A stretch of 64,000 bases of DNA from assembly GCF_963506605.1 (NCBI RefSeq), contig NC_083284.1:21638001-21702000 (forward strand), read 5' to 3'. A program made the translations under genes and the position numbers. The notes under the pieces are model-generated. The model was not told where the DNA came from and did no database searches. It was given only the letters and a program-made list of their open reading frames with translations. This DNA is from Zootoca vivipara (Eukaryota). Shown piece after piece: positions 52,561 to 63,903 of this stretch (position 1 is the stretch's first letter; each line of letters begins with the position of its first letter).

Positions 52561-53552
52561 GATCCTTGATCGTTGGTTGCCCTAGTCGCTTGCCATTCAA
52601 AGGTCTCCAAGCAACTTGGAGAAATATATACAATACATAATACCAGGGGAAAGTGGGGGGGGGGGTTCTATATATATGAAATATAGTATTTCATATAACA
52701 TGACATCCATGGGGGGGGGGGAGAAACCCCAGCTGTATAAATATTAGTGAACAACATTAACAATACTCAAATAATAAAGCAATACTCCAACCCACTAATT
52801 TAGCAAATAAACAAAAGCTCAGCCTCCCCCTAGTCCATAAAACACGCCCAAAGCAGTTAAGTTCACAATGGAAAACACAAAATAAGCAACAGAACCATAT
52901 AAAAATCGACCAAGATCCATTAAAAAGTAAAAAATACAAGGCAGTTTGAAAACAAAACATAATTTAAATTAAATGTGCGGATTGAAACAGAGCACCAGAG
53001 AAATACGGTTCAAAAAGGTTTGCCTCTCTACCCCACCAAGTACCATGCTGTCTGATACTTGGAGGGTGCTATTTGAGTCACTGTTATCTGCCATTCCCAT
53101 TTACAGGTGGCAGGCTGGGGGTATCATGGCTTTTCAGCTGAAACTTCAAAGTTTTCCAGTTTCTCGTTTCCAGAATGTTCTTTTCATTCATGGGTGTTTG
53201 GGGACATGGAAACGCTTGCAAATAGAGCTTAGCTTCAGCCACTTTCCCCAATGACACATGTAGTTTTTAAAAAACTTAATACCTACATGTTAATACACTT
53301 AAAACAGATAAGAGGGCTATCGAGGTGCTACTAGCCATGGTGGCTATGCTAAGCCTCCACAGCTGGAGGGAGCACTGCTGCTGAACACCAGTTGCTGGAA
53401 ATCACAGGAGGGGAGAATGCAAAGGTTTCCCACAGGCATCTGTCTGGCCACTGTGAGAACAGGACTCTGGACTAGATGGGCCATTGGCCTGATCTGACAG
53501 ACTCTTCTTATGTTTTTAATATTTACTTATTTTTGTCACTGTACAAAAAAAC

Positions 53553-53904
53553 ATTACCAAGCTTAAAACCATGGAGCCACCTGGGATGAACAAAGACATT
53601 GGATTCTTATCTCATTATGCATGATCTAGCTTTCTTTAGCGCCTCAGCCCTTGCTCCCCCCCCCCCCCCGCAGGACCAATTGCAGTCATCAGCAGTTGTT
53701 AACAGCCACCTACAGGTTTACCACTCCCATCAGCCCATCACCCATTCCCACCCACCCACCCACCCACCCACTCTCTGTATATACATAAGGGACTGACTTC
53801 TGTTTCAAGTGTATCTGAAGAAGTGTGCATGCACACGAAAGCTCATACCAAAATAAAAACTTAGTTGGTTTTTAAGGTGCTACTGAAGGAATTTTTTTTT
53901 ATTT
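53553..53904 (+). mobile_element. Penelope-like element 3' fragment (ORF C-terminus plus 3' region with hammerhead)
   Basis: 53553-53624 reads ITKLKTMEPPGMNKDIGFLSHYA*, like the C-terminus of the PLE GIY-YIG endonuclease; ttagttggt.tttaaggtgctac tail; tacaaaaaaa..c on both flanks. Confidence 0.85.
53811..53848 (+). ncRNA. Minimal type I hammerhead ribozyme motif (copy 1)
   Basis: GTAT-CTGAAGA-A-GTGTG(CATG)CACAC-GAAA-GC-TC^ATAC: stem I, intact core, stem II, palindromic AGCT stem III; predicted cut after C53844. Confidence 0.85.
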
Positions 53905-54147
53905 TACAAAAAAAACAGTTTTAAAAGGAAACGAAGCCAGCTGCTATGGTAAGCTCTCTTCCCCTACTGTTCTGACATGCATCCCGAATCTGTAGGCCCT
54001 CTCCTTTCATGAATTGCCGCTCCCAAATCATGAGAACCCCAAACCCAGCCTTCCTTTATTGCCCACGTTTAGCTTTTCTGCAGCTAAACGTGGAGCTTGA
54101 GATCTCATTGCACTATTCAGTTGCTGTACTGTGCTTCTTGATTGCAG

Positions 54148-54317
54148 GGCTGGCTGTTATTCACCTAGCCGTGATGGCAAATAGTGTGTCTTGTCTCCGG
54201 CTGCTCATTGCTGCTGGTGCTGATGTCAACGCCCAAGAGCAGAAATCTGGCAGAACTGCCTTGCACCTGGCTGTCGAACAAGGAAACATATCCTTGGCAG
54301 GTTGTCTTCTGCTTGAG
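54148..54317 (+). CDS. NFKB1: NFKB1 exon 18, GLAVIHLAV...[19 protein letters not shown]...LLLE
   Basis: 170 nt, tgcag| ... GAG|gtgagc. Confidence 0.98.
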
Positions 54318-55488
54318 GTGAGCTCCGTGGGGGCCAGAACCACTTTGTTTTCCTGGACAATTTTCCTTGCTTCCTAGGTCAAAGTTGGCCATGTGCAGCC
54401 CACAGGTCGTGCATGGCAATAATGTCACAGAAGCATTTCCTGTCATCCCAAATGTTCACTGTTGGCTGCTCTCCCACCACTGCACATTGAGCAATAAAAA
54501 AAAACCCCAAAGATAATTCTGCTGCTTTTTTGAATGAGACGATTGTAGTATAAATGCATAATTATTTTATACATTTTTAATTAAACAAAAAGTCTCTTTG
54601 ACCTGTCTTTAAGCTCAGGTTTTGTAGATTTGACCCACTGAAAGTTTTCCTTCCTCTGATCTTGGATACTTGCAGTGAAATCCTACATATAGCTACTCAG
54701 ATGTCACATTGAATTTATTGGTACTTACTCCCTGGTAACTGGGAATAGGATTGCAGCTTTAAATGGATAACATTCTAAAGCTATTATTAAGAGCCTAGCG
54801 GGGCTGAGAAGCTGAACCTTTAGAATACAATAAAGTTTTACAATCTAAAAATTGAGTTTAAGATTCTGTGGTGACTTTTCATTTATTTGTTTTTGTTAGC
54901 AGTTACTGAAATTCACTTCCATCTAGTAAGACATGGAGAGCAATGTATATTCTGATGGACCTGGGGGGTTTTTTTTGCAATTCAATAACAGTAAAACCTG
55001 CATAAATGTGTGATCAGATTTCACCAATAATTTAATGTTGTATTAGATCTGGAATGGGTGTGTGCATATGTATAATTTATTTTTATTTATTTTTTTGCAA
55101 AACATTCATTTTTGCAGCTTACTATCCAAGGTATTTTTGGGACCATACTGTTAAATATTTTTTCCCCACATTATTTATCTTTCCTGCTTAATTTGCATTT
55201 GTTTAAATAAATGTGAGTATACACTTAACTCAATATTTAATTATCAGAGTTCATCCAATGCTCTTTTTGTTCGCTTATTCGTTTACAAGTGGCTTCATTT
55301 CGGCTCTAATTTCAGCACTCTTCAGTATCGTTCTCACACAAGCCCATATACAAAAGTAAATGTTCATCCCAGGTCATGAGGCCTTGGAGGCTCTTTCTTT
55401 CAAGCAGGCCCAAAATTGTGTAGAGGCATCAAAATATGGCCCCAGTGTGCATGTAAGGAGCTAAACCAGCATCTCTCTTTTTTTAAAG

Positions 55489-55591
55489 AGTGATGCATTT
55501 GTCGACAGCACTACGTATGATGGAACGACTCCACTTCACATAGCAGCTGGAAGGGGGTCTATGAAAATGACAGCTCTTCTCAAAGCGGCAG
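55489..55591 (+). CDS. NFKB1: NFKB1 exon 19, [34 protein letters not shown]
   Basis: 103 nt, taaag| ... CAG|gtgaga. Confidence 0.98.
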
Positions 55592-55660
55592 GTGAGAAAA
55601 TAACATTAAACTCTTCCTGATGCTTTAGTGCTGTGAAATAGTTTTCCCCCAGCCTTTTTC

Positions 55661-55837
55661 TAGGGCAGTCTCGAGCAGGTCGCGTGCCCTGGTGCTGAGG
55701 GGCAGAGATCGCTCCGGCACCCCCGCCCTCACAGGGCGCAGCATGGTTTCCGCGCGGCTTTGCCACGCGGCGCCTGGCCTACCGGCTCGGCGCCCTGGCA
55801 CACCACGCCACCGGGGGTCTGCCTAGAGCCGGCCCTG
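55661..55837. mobile_element. GC-rich hAT (Tip100-like) MITE
   Basis: tagggcagtctcgag / ctagagccggccctg; perfect TSD cctttttc. Confidence 0.85.
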
Positions 55838-56046
55838 CCTTTTTCTCTTAATTTCCCAGGGGTATTCACAAGTTACATTCCGTGAGTGTATAGTCTTTGT
55901 ACACAAGTAGTAAAACAATACAGTTGCTGACATGCAGTGTAGAGTTTGTGTGCCTGTGTGCACAATGGTTGAACTATACAAATGACTAAGTCACACTGTT
56001 TCACACAAACTTGTGTAGACATGTTCTTGTGTTCAGTGTACTATTA

Positions 56047-56412
56047 GGCACTGTGGTCTAAACCACTGAGCCTCTTGGGATTGCTGATCAGAAGGTCGGC
56101 AGTTCAAATCCCCATGACGGGGTGAGCTCCTGTTGCTCTGTCCCAGCTCCTGCCTACCTAGCAGTTCAAAAGCACACCAGTGCAAGTAGATAAATAGGGA
56201 AGGTGAACAGCATTTTCGTGCGCTCTGGCACTCGTCACGATATCCCATTGCTCCAGAAGCAGTTTAGTCATGCTGGCCACATGACCCAGAAAGCTGTCTG
56301 TGGATAGACGCCGGCTCCCTTGGCCTGAAATCGAGATGGGGGCTGCAACCCCGTAGTCACCTTTGACTGGAATTAACCATCCAGAGGTCCTTTACCTTTA
56401 CCTTACCTTTAC
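56047..56412 (+). mobile_element. Sauria SINE (diverged subfamily)
   Basis: Head ctgtggtctaaaccactgag; (accttt)n tail; ctatta on both flanks. Confidence 0.9.
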
Positions 56413-57484
56413 CTATTATATGCAATAACAACAGACAAAAGCAATACTCCCCACAACACAATTTATAAGACCATAGATTGTTTAATTAGCCAAAGGCCTG
56501 GGAGAAGAGGAATGTTTTTGCCTGGTGCCTAAATATATGTAATGAAGATTACCTCTCTTATAATGTGTGAGGAAGATTCCTGCCCCCTATGCTGCTTTTC
56601 CATCACCAGTGTTGAAAGTAAGATTTAATGACTAGTTTTGTATGTGGAATGTGGTGGGAGTTGCCTCAGGTAGCAAAATGACCCCAGCCAAATCAGTAAT
56701 TTTCCCTTCCCTCCCAGAAGTTGGACTGCAAACCGTTTTGTTCTCTGAGCAACTCCAAGCCATTGCACTGTAGCAAAGAGGCATCTCATCACCACAAGCA
56801 TAATACAATATTAATAACTGGTGCATTTGAATGGATTTAAGCACTTGAGCTCCCCCTTCTGGAAAAACATTTGTAGCAACATTGAATAAGTTGCAGGAAA
56901 AGGCCCTAAGACATTGTTCTAATCATGCAACACTAAATTCTTAAAGAATGAGAAGTTTTTCAATAGGAGAGGGAAACGCGAAGAAAAATGAGAATCCTAA
57001 ACAAAACAAAGACTTCTGTTGATAGGCGTGAACCATGCAAAACGAATAAAAAGGTTCATTTTTTACCCAGTCTAGCATTTTAAATCTATCTTTCTCAGAT
57101 AAAAGTAAAGTAGGCTTTATATATGGCAACCTTTGGTGTGCGACAGATCTTTCCCATTCTGCATATAGAAGCCAAACAGTCTGGCAGTGGAGTCTTACTT
57201 CCAACATTGGTGATGCTTAGGCAGGTCAGATTAGGGGGAACAGGACACACAGTGTGAGGGCAGAGAGAAATGGCAAAGGGGATCAGGTGGAACAACCAGA
57301 GGCTGCCACTGCTGCCCGCCACCCCACATCACGCCACCCAAGGTGGTCGCCTCATAATGTTAGGGCTGGCCCTACACACCGGAATTCCTTTTGGGTATTT
57401 ACTTGACTGGATATTAGAGTAGAAGAGTTTACTGATGTGAAGGTGTTACGATCTTTCACCATGGTGCTTTGCTTCACCTCGCAG

Positions 57485-57609
57485 GCGCAGACCCCCACAT
57501 TGAGAACTTTGAACCATTGTTTGAACAAGATGATGTGAAAGACAAAGATGGTGAAGATGAAGGGGTCATACCTGGAACAACACCTTTGGACATGGCAACC
57601 AGCTGGGAG
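57485..57609 (+). CDS. NFKB1: NFKB1 exon 20, [13 protein letters not shown]...[13 protein letters not shown] (GC donor)
   Basis: 125 nt, cgcag| ... GAG|GCAAGT; only the GC site keeps the frame with exon 21. Confidence 0.95.
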
Positions 57610-58164
57610 GCAAGTGGTTAGGATGAAGGCATCTCAAGAGCCAGTACATCTTTCATTTAAGGCCTGTTTGAGAATATGGACCAGGCCCTCTTTCTCCAAT
57701 CTGTGTATGGGAATGTGGTCTTTAGTGTTAAAAACTATGAGAATATCCAGATATATTTTGCAGTTTGGGGTGACAATCAAAGATGCAGTGGTTGACTTTG
57801 CAGCATTTGCAGCTGTGACTTATTTACATTTAAAATATAATTCTCTTTTCTTTAAAGTATGGCTGCGCAGAAGCAGGGCGGCTTTTTTGTGACAGTACTC
57901 GCCTGTACAGAGTACTGGCACCTCTTTACTTTAAAAATGGAAGCAGTCACTTCCAATTTCTTCTTTGCAGTTATGCTGGAGGAGGTGGGGGAAGTGTGAG
58001 GGCCCAAGGCTCACCTAGGCACCTTCCTCCAGCACTAAAATACAGGTATGCATTATGCTACCAGCTGACCACTAGACGACTATGAATGCCAGACTCTAAA
58101 ACTTAAATGTACAGGATGCAGCTGGATGCTTTCGCGCTATTTAGCTAACTGTTCTTCCTAACAG

Positions 58165-58231
58165 GTGTACGATATCTTGAATGGTAAACCCTCCAAATCA
58201 AAGGTAGCTTCCGAAGATCTATTGATACAAG
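58165..58231 (+). CDS. NFKB1: NFKB1 exon 21, VYDILNGKPSKSKVASEDLLIQ
   Basis: 67 nt, aacag| ... AAG|gtaagg. Confidence 0.96.
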
Positions 58232-59160
58232 GTAAGGGTGTGTATAAGCGGGGGGTGGGGTGGGCTAGCTGAGATTTCTTTCATCTCCAGCTTAGCTTGA
58301 TTGCTCGGTATTATTTTGCAGGAGGTTTGCTGTAGGGCACTTCTTGTCCTTTGCTAAAAGCACACTTGAGATCTGAATTGTACAGTCTGAGCTAGGAGGC
58401 AGCACTTTTTGCCTTCAGCCATCTCAAGGTTTCTTAAACAACACTGTCTATTCTCCCTGGAAACCTCTCTCAGAACAGCCATGTGATGCCACCTCTCTCT
58501 CATCCTTATAAAAACCCTTTCCTGTGCAGCCATTGTCTTAGGCTGCAATTGTAAATGCACTTACCTGGAAGTAAGCCTTGTTGACCTCTTCAGGATGTGT
58601 ACAGTGTTTCACTCTTCACCTCCTAGATTTTATTTCCCAGCTGAAACAAAGACTACAGGAGCATCCTAACTATGGAAGCCAATGTAACCTACACTGACTT
58701 TAATTACCCCTAATTCATACTCTTGTTTTGGAGGAAGCCTGATACACATACACTCACTCCGTTACCCATTAAGCTTGGTGCCCCCTCCCCAACTCCCTGC
58801 CAAAATTTTAGTCAGTAAGCTCTTCAGGTCAGAGATGTTTCTCTTTTGCTATCACTCTGTAAAGTTCCATATTTGGATTATAAAATTCTCGCTTTAATAA
58901 AAATTCCTTAAACACTGGGGGGGGGAGATAGTGGATGTGCAGTGTTTAACTGATAATCAGGAGCAATCCATTTTAATAGACTAAAAAAAGTGTTCTCGAT
59001 TAATTAGGCAGCAGTGTTTTCAAAAACATTTATTAATAATACAAATACATATTTAAAAAGTGCATGTCATCTAAAAACAAAGCATTGTTTCTGTTTCAGG
59101 ACTAATTTTTACCCACTTGAAAACTTTTATAATCTACAGTTGCTCAACTCATTGCAATTC

Positions 59161-59196
59161 TATCTGAAGAAGTGTGCATGCACATGAAAGCTCATA
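59161..59196 (+). ncRNA. Minimal type I hammerhead ribozyme motif (copy 2)
   Basis: TAT-CTGAAGA-A-GTGTG(CATG)CACAT-GAAA-GC-TC^ATA; G-U at the base of stem II; predicted cut after C59193. Confidence 0.75.
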
Positions 59197-59294
59197 CCAA
59201 TGACAAACTTAGTTGGTCTCTAAGGTGCTACTGGAGGGAATTTTTTTATTTTGTTTCGACTACAGCAGACCAAGACGGCTACGTACCTGTAACT
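59164..59294 (+). mobile_element. Penelope-like element short 3' fragment
   Basis: Homologous to 53815-53904; aattctat on both flanks. Confidence 0.85.
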
Positions 59295-59860
59295 AATTCT
59301 ATGCATGTTTACTTTAGAAGTAACTCATGCCAAGTGGTCTTAGGATTGCAACCTAACATTTCTTTTGTCATGCGATAGTCCTAGTTATATAGATGAAAGC
59401 ATCTTTTTATAGCGCCTTTCCCTGTGAAAATTTGTTTCATTTCAGCAGCTAAGAAATTTTGCACATGCAAACCCAGCTCCTTAGCTTTTGTCCCATCCAG
59501 TCCCTAGCAAGAGAAATTACTCCTTGACAGCAACCTAGGCAAATTAATTTACTCACCATTATCTGGCCAGGTAGTGGATAAAAGGCACTAGATCACTGTG
59601 AAGATGAATTTTAACAGTTTTAAACTTTAAATAAGCACTGTCCTTTTGAAGTGTTATACTTGTGCTTTCTCTCTCTTATGGCTTCACTCTACCCATGGGT
59701 ATTATTGCTACGTTTAGTTGAAACAGAACAACATGCCCAGAAGGAAAAAGGAGGCTCACATCCAGCATTCACATTTGCACTAGATGCCCAAGTTCATGCT
59801 CAGTTCTGGCTGTAGTAAACAGTGGGTTTTTAACACTTGAGAAGCAAGGGTTAAAGTATA

Positions 59861-60197
59861 AGTAAAGGACCCCTGACAGTTAAGTCCAGTCGCAGACGAC
59901 TCTGGGGTTGCAGCAGTCATCTCACAGTTTTTCTGGGTTATGTGGCCAGCATGACTAAGCTGCTTCTGGCACAACAGAATACCGAAACCAGAGCAGTGCA
60001 CAGAAATGTCATTTACCTTCCCACTGGAGTGGTACCTATTTATCTACTTGCACTAGTGTGCTTTCGAACGGCTAGGTTAGCAGGAGCTGGGACTGAGCAA
60101 CGGGAGCTCACCCTGTCGCAGAGATTCAAACCGCCGACCTTCTGATCGGCAAGCCCAAGAGGCTCAGTGGTTTAGACCACAGCGCCACCTGCGTCCC
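59861..60197 (-). mobile_element. Sauria SINE
   Basis: Reverse complement of the family; aaagtata on both flanks; ends 60 nt before exon 22. Confidence 0.93.
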
Positions 60198-60257
60198 ACA
60201 AAGTATAGCTAGTGGCGAGTAAATTCACATTAGGTTTTATTTTTCACCTTCTTCCAG

Positions 60258-60430
60258 GAAACATGAAAGAGCTGAAGGAGGATGTCAAGTTACAGCTTTA
60301 CAAGTTACTTGAAGTGCCTGATCTGAATAAAAACTGGTCCATGCTGGCGCAAAAGCTTGGCCTAGGGATACTTAACAATGCCTTCCGGTTGAGCCCCTCT
60401 CCGTCAAAAACCCTGCTTGATAATTATGAG
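60258..60430 (+). CDS. NFKB1: NFKB1 exon 22, death domain [19 protein letters not shown]...LLDNYE
   Basis: 173 nt, tccag| ... GAG|gtaact. Confidence 0.98.
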
Positions 60431-61342
60431 GTAACTCGAATAACGTGCCTAGTGGGCCAGGCCAATGGCCCGTTTGGCCTTGCATCCTGTCTTCAATGTC
60501 TGTAAGCATCTGCCTAGTAAGATCCCGCAATAATTCCCTGTCACAACGACCCTGAGGGTGCCTGTGCCTATGACGACGTTTCTATTGATTATAGAACAGG
60601 AGACAGCCTATCATTTGCACATGGCAAGTTAGTCATTCCAGTGAACTTAACGAGAGGCCTGCAAACACGCAAGTTCTGTGCATTTATCAGTGTGCATATT
60701 GGGCTTGGACTGGGGGATTTGGGACCTGTTGATCATTTCCAACCATATGACGTTTAGAATACCCCTTTGCAGGAGGATGTTTGAAGGATCCAACCCCTTT
60801 TTATGCTGCTGCATTATTTAGAAACGCACTGTAAGGTGAAAGATTCCCTCGGTGTTAATCTCAGAAAAAGTTTGTGTGGTCGTGCCATGCACGTGGCAAG
60901 ACGCAATCATATAGGTCCTTCATTTGTGAATTAAACAATGCTCTCCAACTATTATATATTTTATTCTGTCATGTGGCTGCATGTTTATAAGAATTCTAGG
61001 GGTATCTTGTGTTTGTTTCTGGGCCCAATTGAAGAGGTTCACGTTAAAGAGTTTACTACAGGCTCCCTTGGGTCAGACTAGCAGAGAAAGGCCCCTTGTT
61101 AGTTCCACCACCCTCAGAAGCTGGGGGTTGGCAGCCCCTAAAGCTAGGCTGTGGAATATAACTGGCACAAGCATTGTAGTTTTGTCATATGCTAATGATG
61201 CACCTTGACTTTGACACCTGAGATATATCTATTTTAGGACCCACCCTATTCTTTTGATGGTGATTGGTTTTAACTGATTTTAATATCTTTTTACATTGTT
61301 GTAACCTACCCCAGGACCTTATTATTACCACCTGCCGTATAA

Positions 61343-61373
<31 letters not shown>

Positions 61374-61374
<1 letters not shown>

Positions 61375-61529
61375 AGTGGTACCTCGGTTTAAGTACACAA
61401 TTGGTTCCGGAAGTCTGTACTTAACCTGAAGCGAACTTTCCCATTGAAAGTAATGGAAAGTGGATTAATCCGTTCCAGACGGGTCAGCGGAGTACTTAAA
61501 CTGAAAGTACTCAAACCGAAGTGTGACTG
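61374..61529. mobile_element. Tigger-like MITE inserted in an (AAT)n microsatellite
   Basis: TA|cagtggtacctcggttt...aaaccgaagtgtgactg|TA; (taa)n on both sides. Confidence 0.85.
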
Positions 61530-61728
61530 TAATAATAATAATATACTCACCTTCAGTCAATAAGTGTTGATATTTCTATTCTTTGAAGGAAAACCAAAGC
61601 CAACTGTCAAGTTACCCCTTGCTAAGTTTTTTTGTAGATCTGCACTTGCATAGAAAGCTAATGATCCTCTTTTAATTGGGTGGAAAGCCTGCCTCAGTTT
61701 GTTTACCTTTATTTTAATATCTATGCAG

Positions 61729-61909
61729 GTTTCCGGTGGCACTGTAAGGGAGCTTGTTGATGCCTTGATAGAAATGGATTGTACAGAGGCTGCAGAAATA
61801 ATTCAGAACTCATTATCCATCTCATCGAGCCAGTCCAGCAAAGAGCAGGCAAAGGATGCAAGACCTCCATTATGCGAATCCCCTCCCCCTCCCATGATAG
61901 CACAAACAG
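61729..61909 (+). CDS. NFKB1: NFKB1 exon 23, VSGGTVRELVDAL...PPMIAQT
   Basis: 181 nt, tgcag| ... CAG|gtaaac. Confidence 0.95.
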
Positions 61910-62432
61910 GTAAACTGCTCTATGCCAATCAATGCTCCTGCAATAAAGCAAACATTTTGCAGCTTCCCCCTGTGGCAGAGATGGTAATAAGGACAGAACA
62001 ATGAGGTGTCTAGATTGTTTGATTTGCATGTGACAAACCTAGATTCAAATCCTTTAACAGCTGCAGAGCCCACTGGGTGAGGTTAGGAATTCCCTAACTT
62101 TCGTAGGGGTTCTTCTTAGCCTAAAACACTGCTGTGAAGTTCCTGGAGAAAAAGGCAAGGCACAAATATCCATTCAAGTCTAAGGTGATTGGTCTCAAAG
62201 AGTATTCCCGTGAATTTCAGTGCAAACTTACCTGATGCACACTTCCAGACTAATGTTGCTGATCAGAACATATATTTATCCCTACTCTAAATTTTGCAAT
62301 ACAGTTGTCGGCTCCAAGAAACCTACCCAAATGTGTTTTAAAAACTGTTGGTTTGGAAAAAAAACACATTTTGAATTGTATACATGGAGATTAAATACAT
62401 ATTTGAATGGATATTTTGTAATAACCTATGTA

Positions 62433-62659
62433 CAGTGGTACCTCTACTTACGAATTTAATGCATTCTGAACACACATTTGTAAGTCGAAAAAATTTGTAA
62501 ATCGAATCCCATAGGAATGCATTGGGAGAAAAAATTCGTAAGTCGAAGCAACCCTATCTAAAAATTCGTAAGTAGAAAAAATCCTATCTAAACTGCATCC
62601 AAGATGGCGGACGGAGCTCTGTTCGTAAGTAGAGTTATTTGTAAGTAGAGGTACCACTG
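62433..62659. mobile_element. Tigger-like MITE
   Basis: TIR cagtggtacctctacttac / gtaagtagaggtaccactg, TA TSD. Confidence 0.92.
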
Positions 62660-63903
62660 TATTTAAATATTAATGGGATGTAGAAGAGCGTTATGAATGA
62701 AAACATGCAGAACTGACATGGACCAGGAATTAAATGATCTGTCTCTATTTCAGTCCTCCGCATTTAAAGGTTTTGGAAGGGGAGTGCCATGAATTAAGAC
62801 TGAGGGCACACCTTGTTGAAGTTAAGCAGGCTTGTTGAGTTAGTGGTGATGTGGGGGAACTTTTGCACGCCAGGTATTGCTGAACTATAGCTCCCAGCAT
62901 CCTTGGCCATGCTTGCTGGGACTGATGGAAGTTGTAGTTCGGCAACATTTGGAGGGCCAAAAGCTCCCCATACCTTTGTTAGTGCCTTGCTAGGACAGTC
63001 ATTACACCCATATATGATGCTCTGAGCAACAGGGAGGAAAAGATGTAATAGTAAAATAATAGCTTTGCTTAAAACACCCCACTAGTTTACTAAGAAAAGA
63101 GTAAAAAACAAACATGCATTTGAAATGCAATCCTTAACACAATTACTAGCAAGAAAGTCCTATTGAAATCAACTTGCTTCTGAACCAACTTGCTGAGGAT
63201 TTCACTGTTACTTTGTTCTCTCATTATCTAGAAACACATTCATTGGTTTTTAAAAAATTCTTTAGCCTGGCAGTAGTGCATTTAAGGGACACAACAGAGC
63301 AATCAATAGTTACGATTCTTCAGTATGGGTTCAGATTTATAGAACTGCTCCCTTATCTAGGCGACGGCTTCTTTGCCAGATCTCAGTAATTCCAAGATGA
63401 TATTTAAAAATAGTGCTGGAACCATAGAAAACACAGGTCACCTTCCCAATGTTCTTGCAGCTGGTGCAGCCTTGGCATTTAGTAACATGGTAGGAAGAAC
63501 GAACTTAGCAAAAGGACAACCCAAGACTTCAGGACATGTGATGCTGCCTTATCATATAATACCACTTGGCCATCTATCCCAGCATTTTCTGGATTATCCA
63601 TGTTCCAGAAATCCTTCCTAGTTTTGCCAACAAAGCTCTTTTAATTGGAAGTGCCAAGGATTCAGCCAGAGACCTTGAGTATGCAAAACATGTTGCCTGG
63701 AAACTCAGATTCGTAAAGCTCCTGCCCTGGACTATCCCTTCTGCAGCTGCTAGTAATTTTTTTTTTTTAACCATTGTTTGGGGAACAAAGAGGCCTTTGC
63801 ATAGCTCTTTTGATTTATTTGCTGAACTGGATATATTGCATTGTATTAGCATTTTCTTGAAGCCCTATGAATTATGCAACAGGTTCCTTTCCCCCTCTGC
63901 CAG

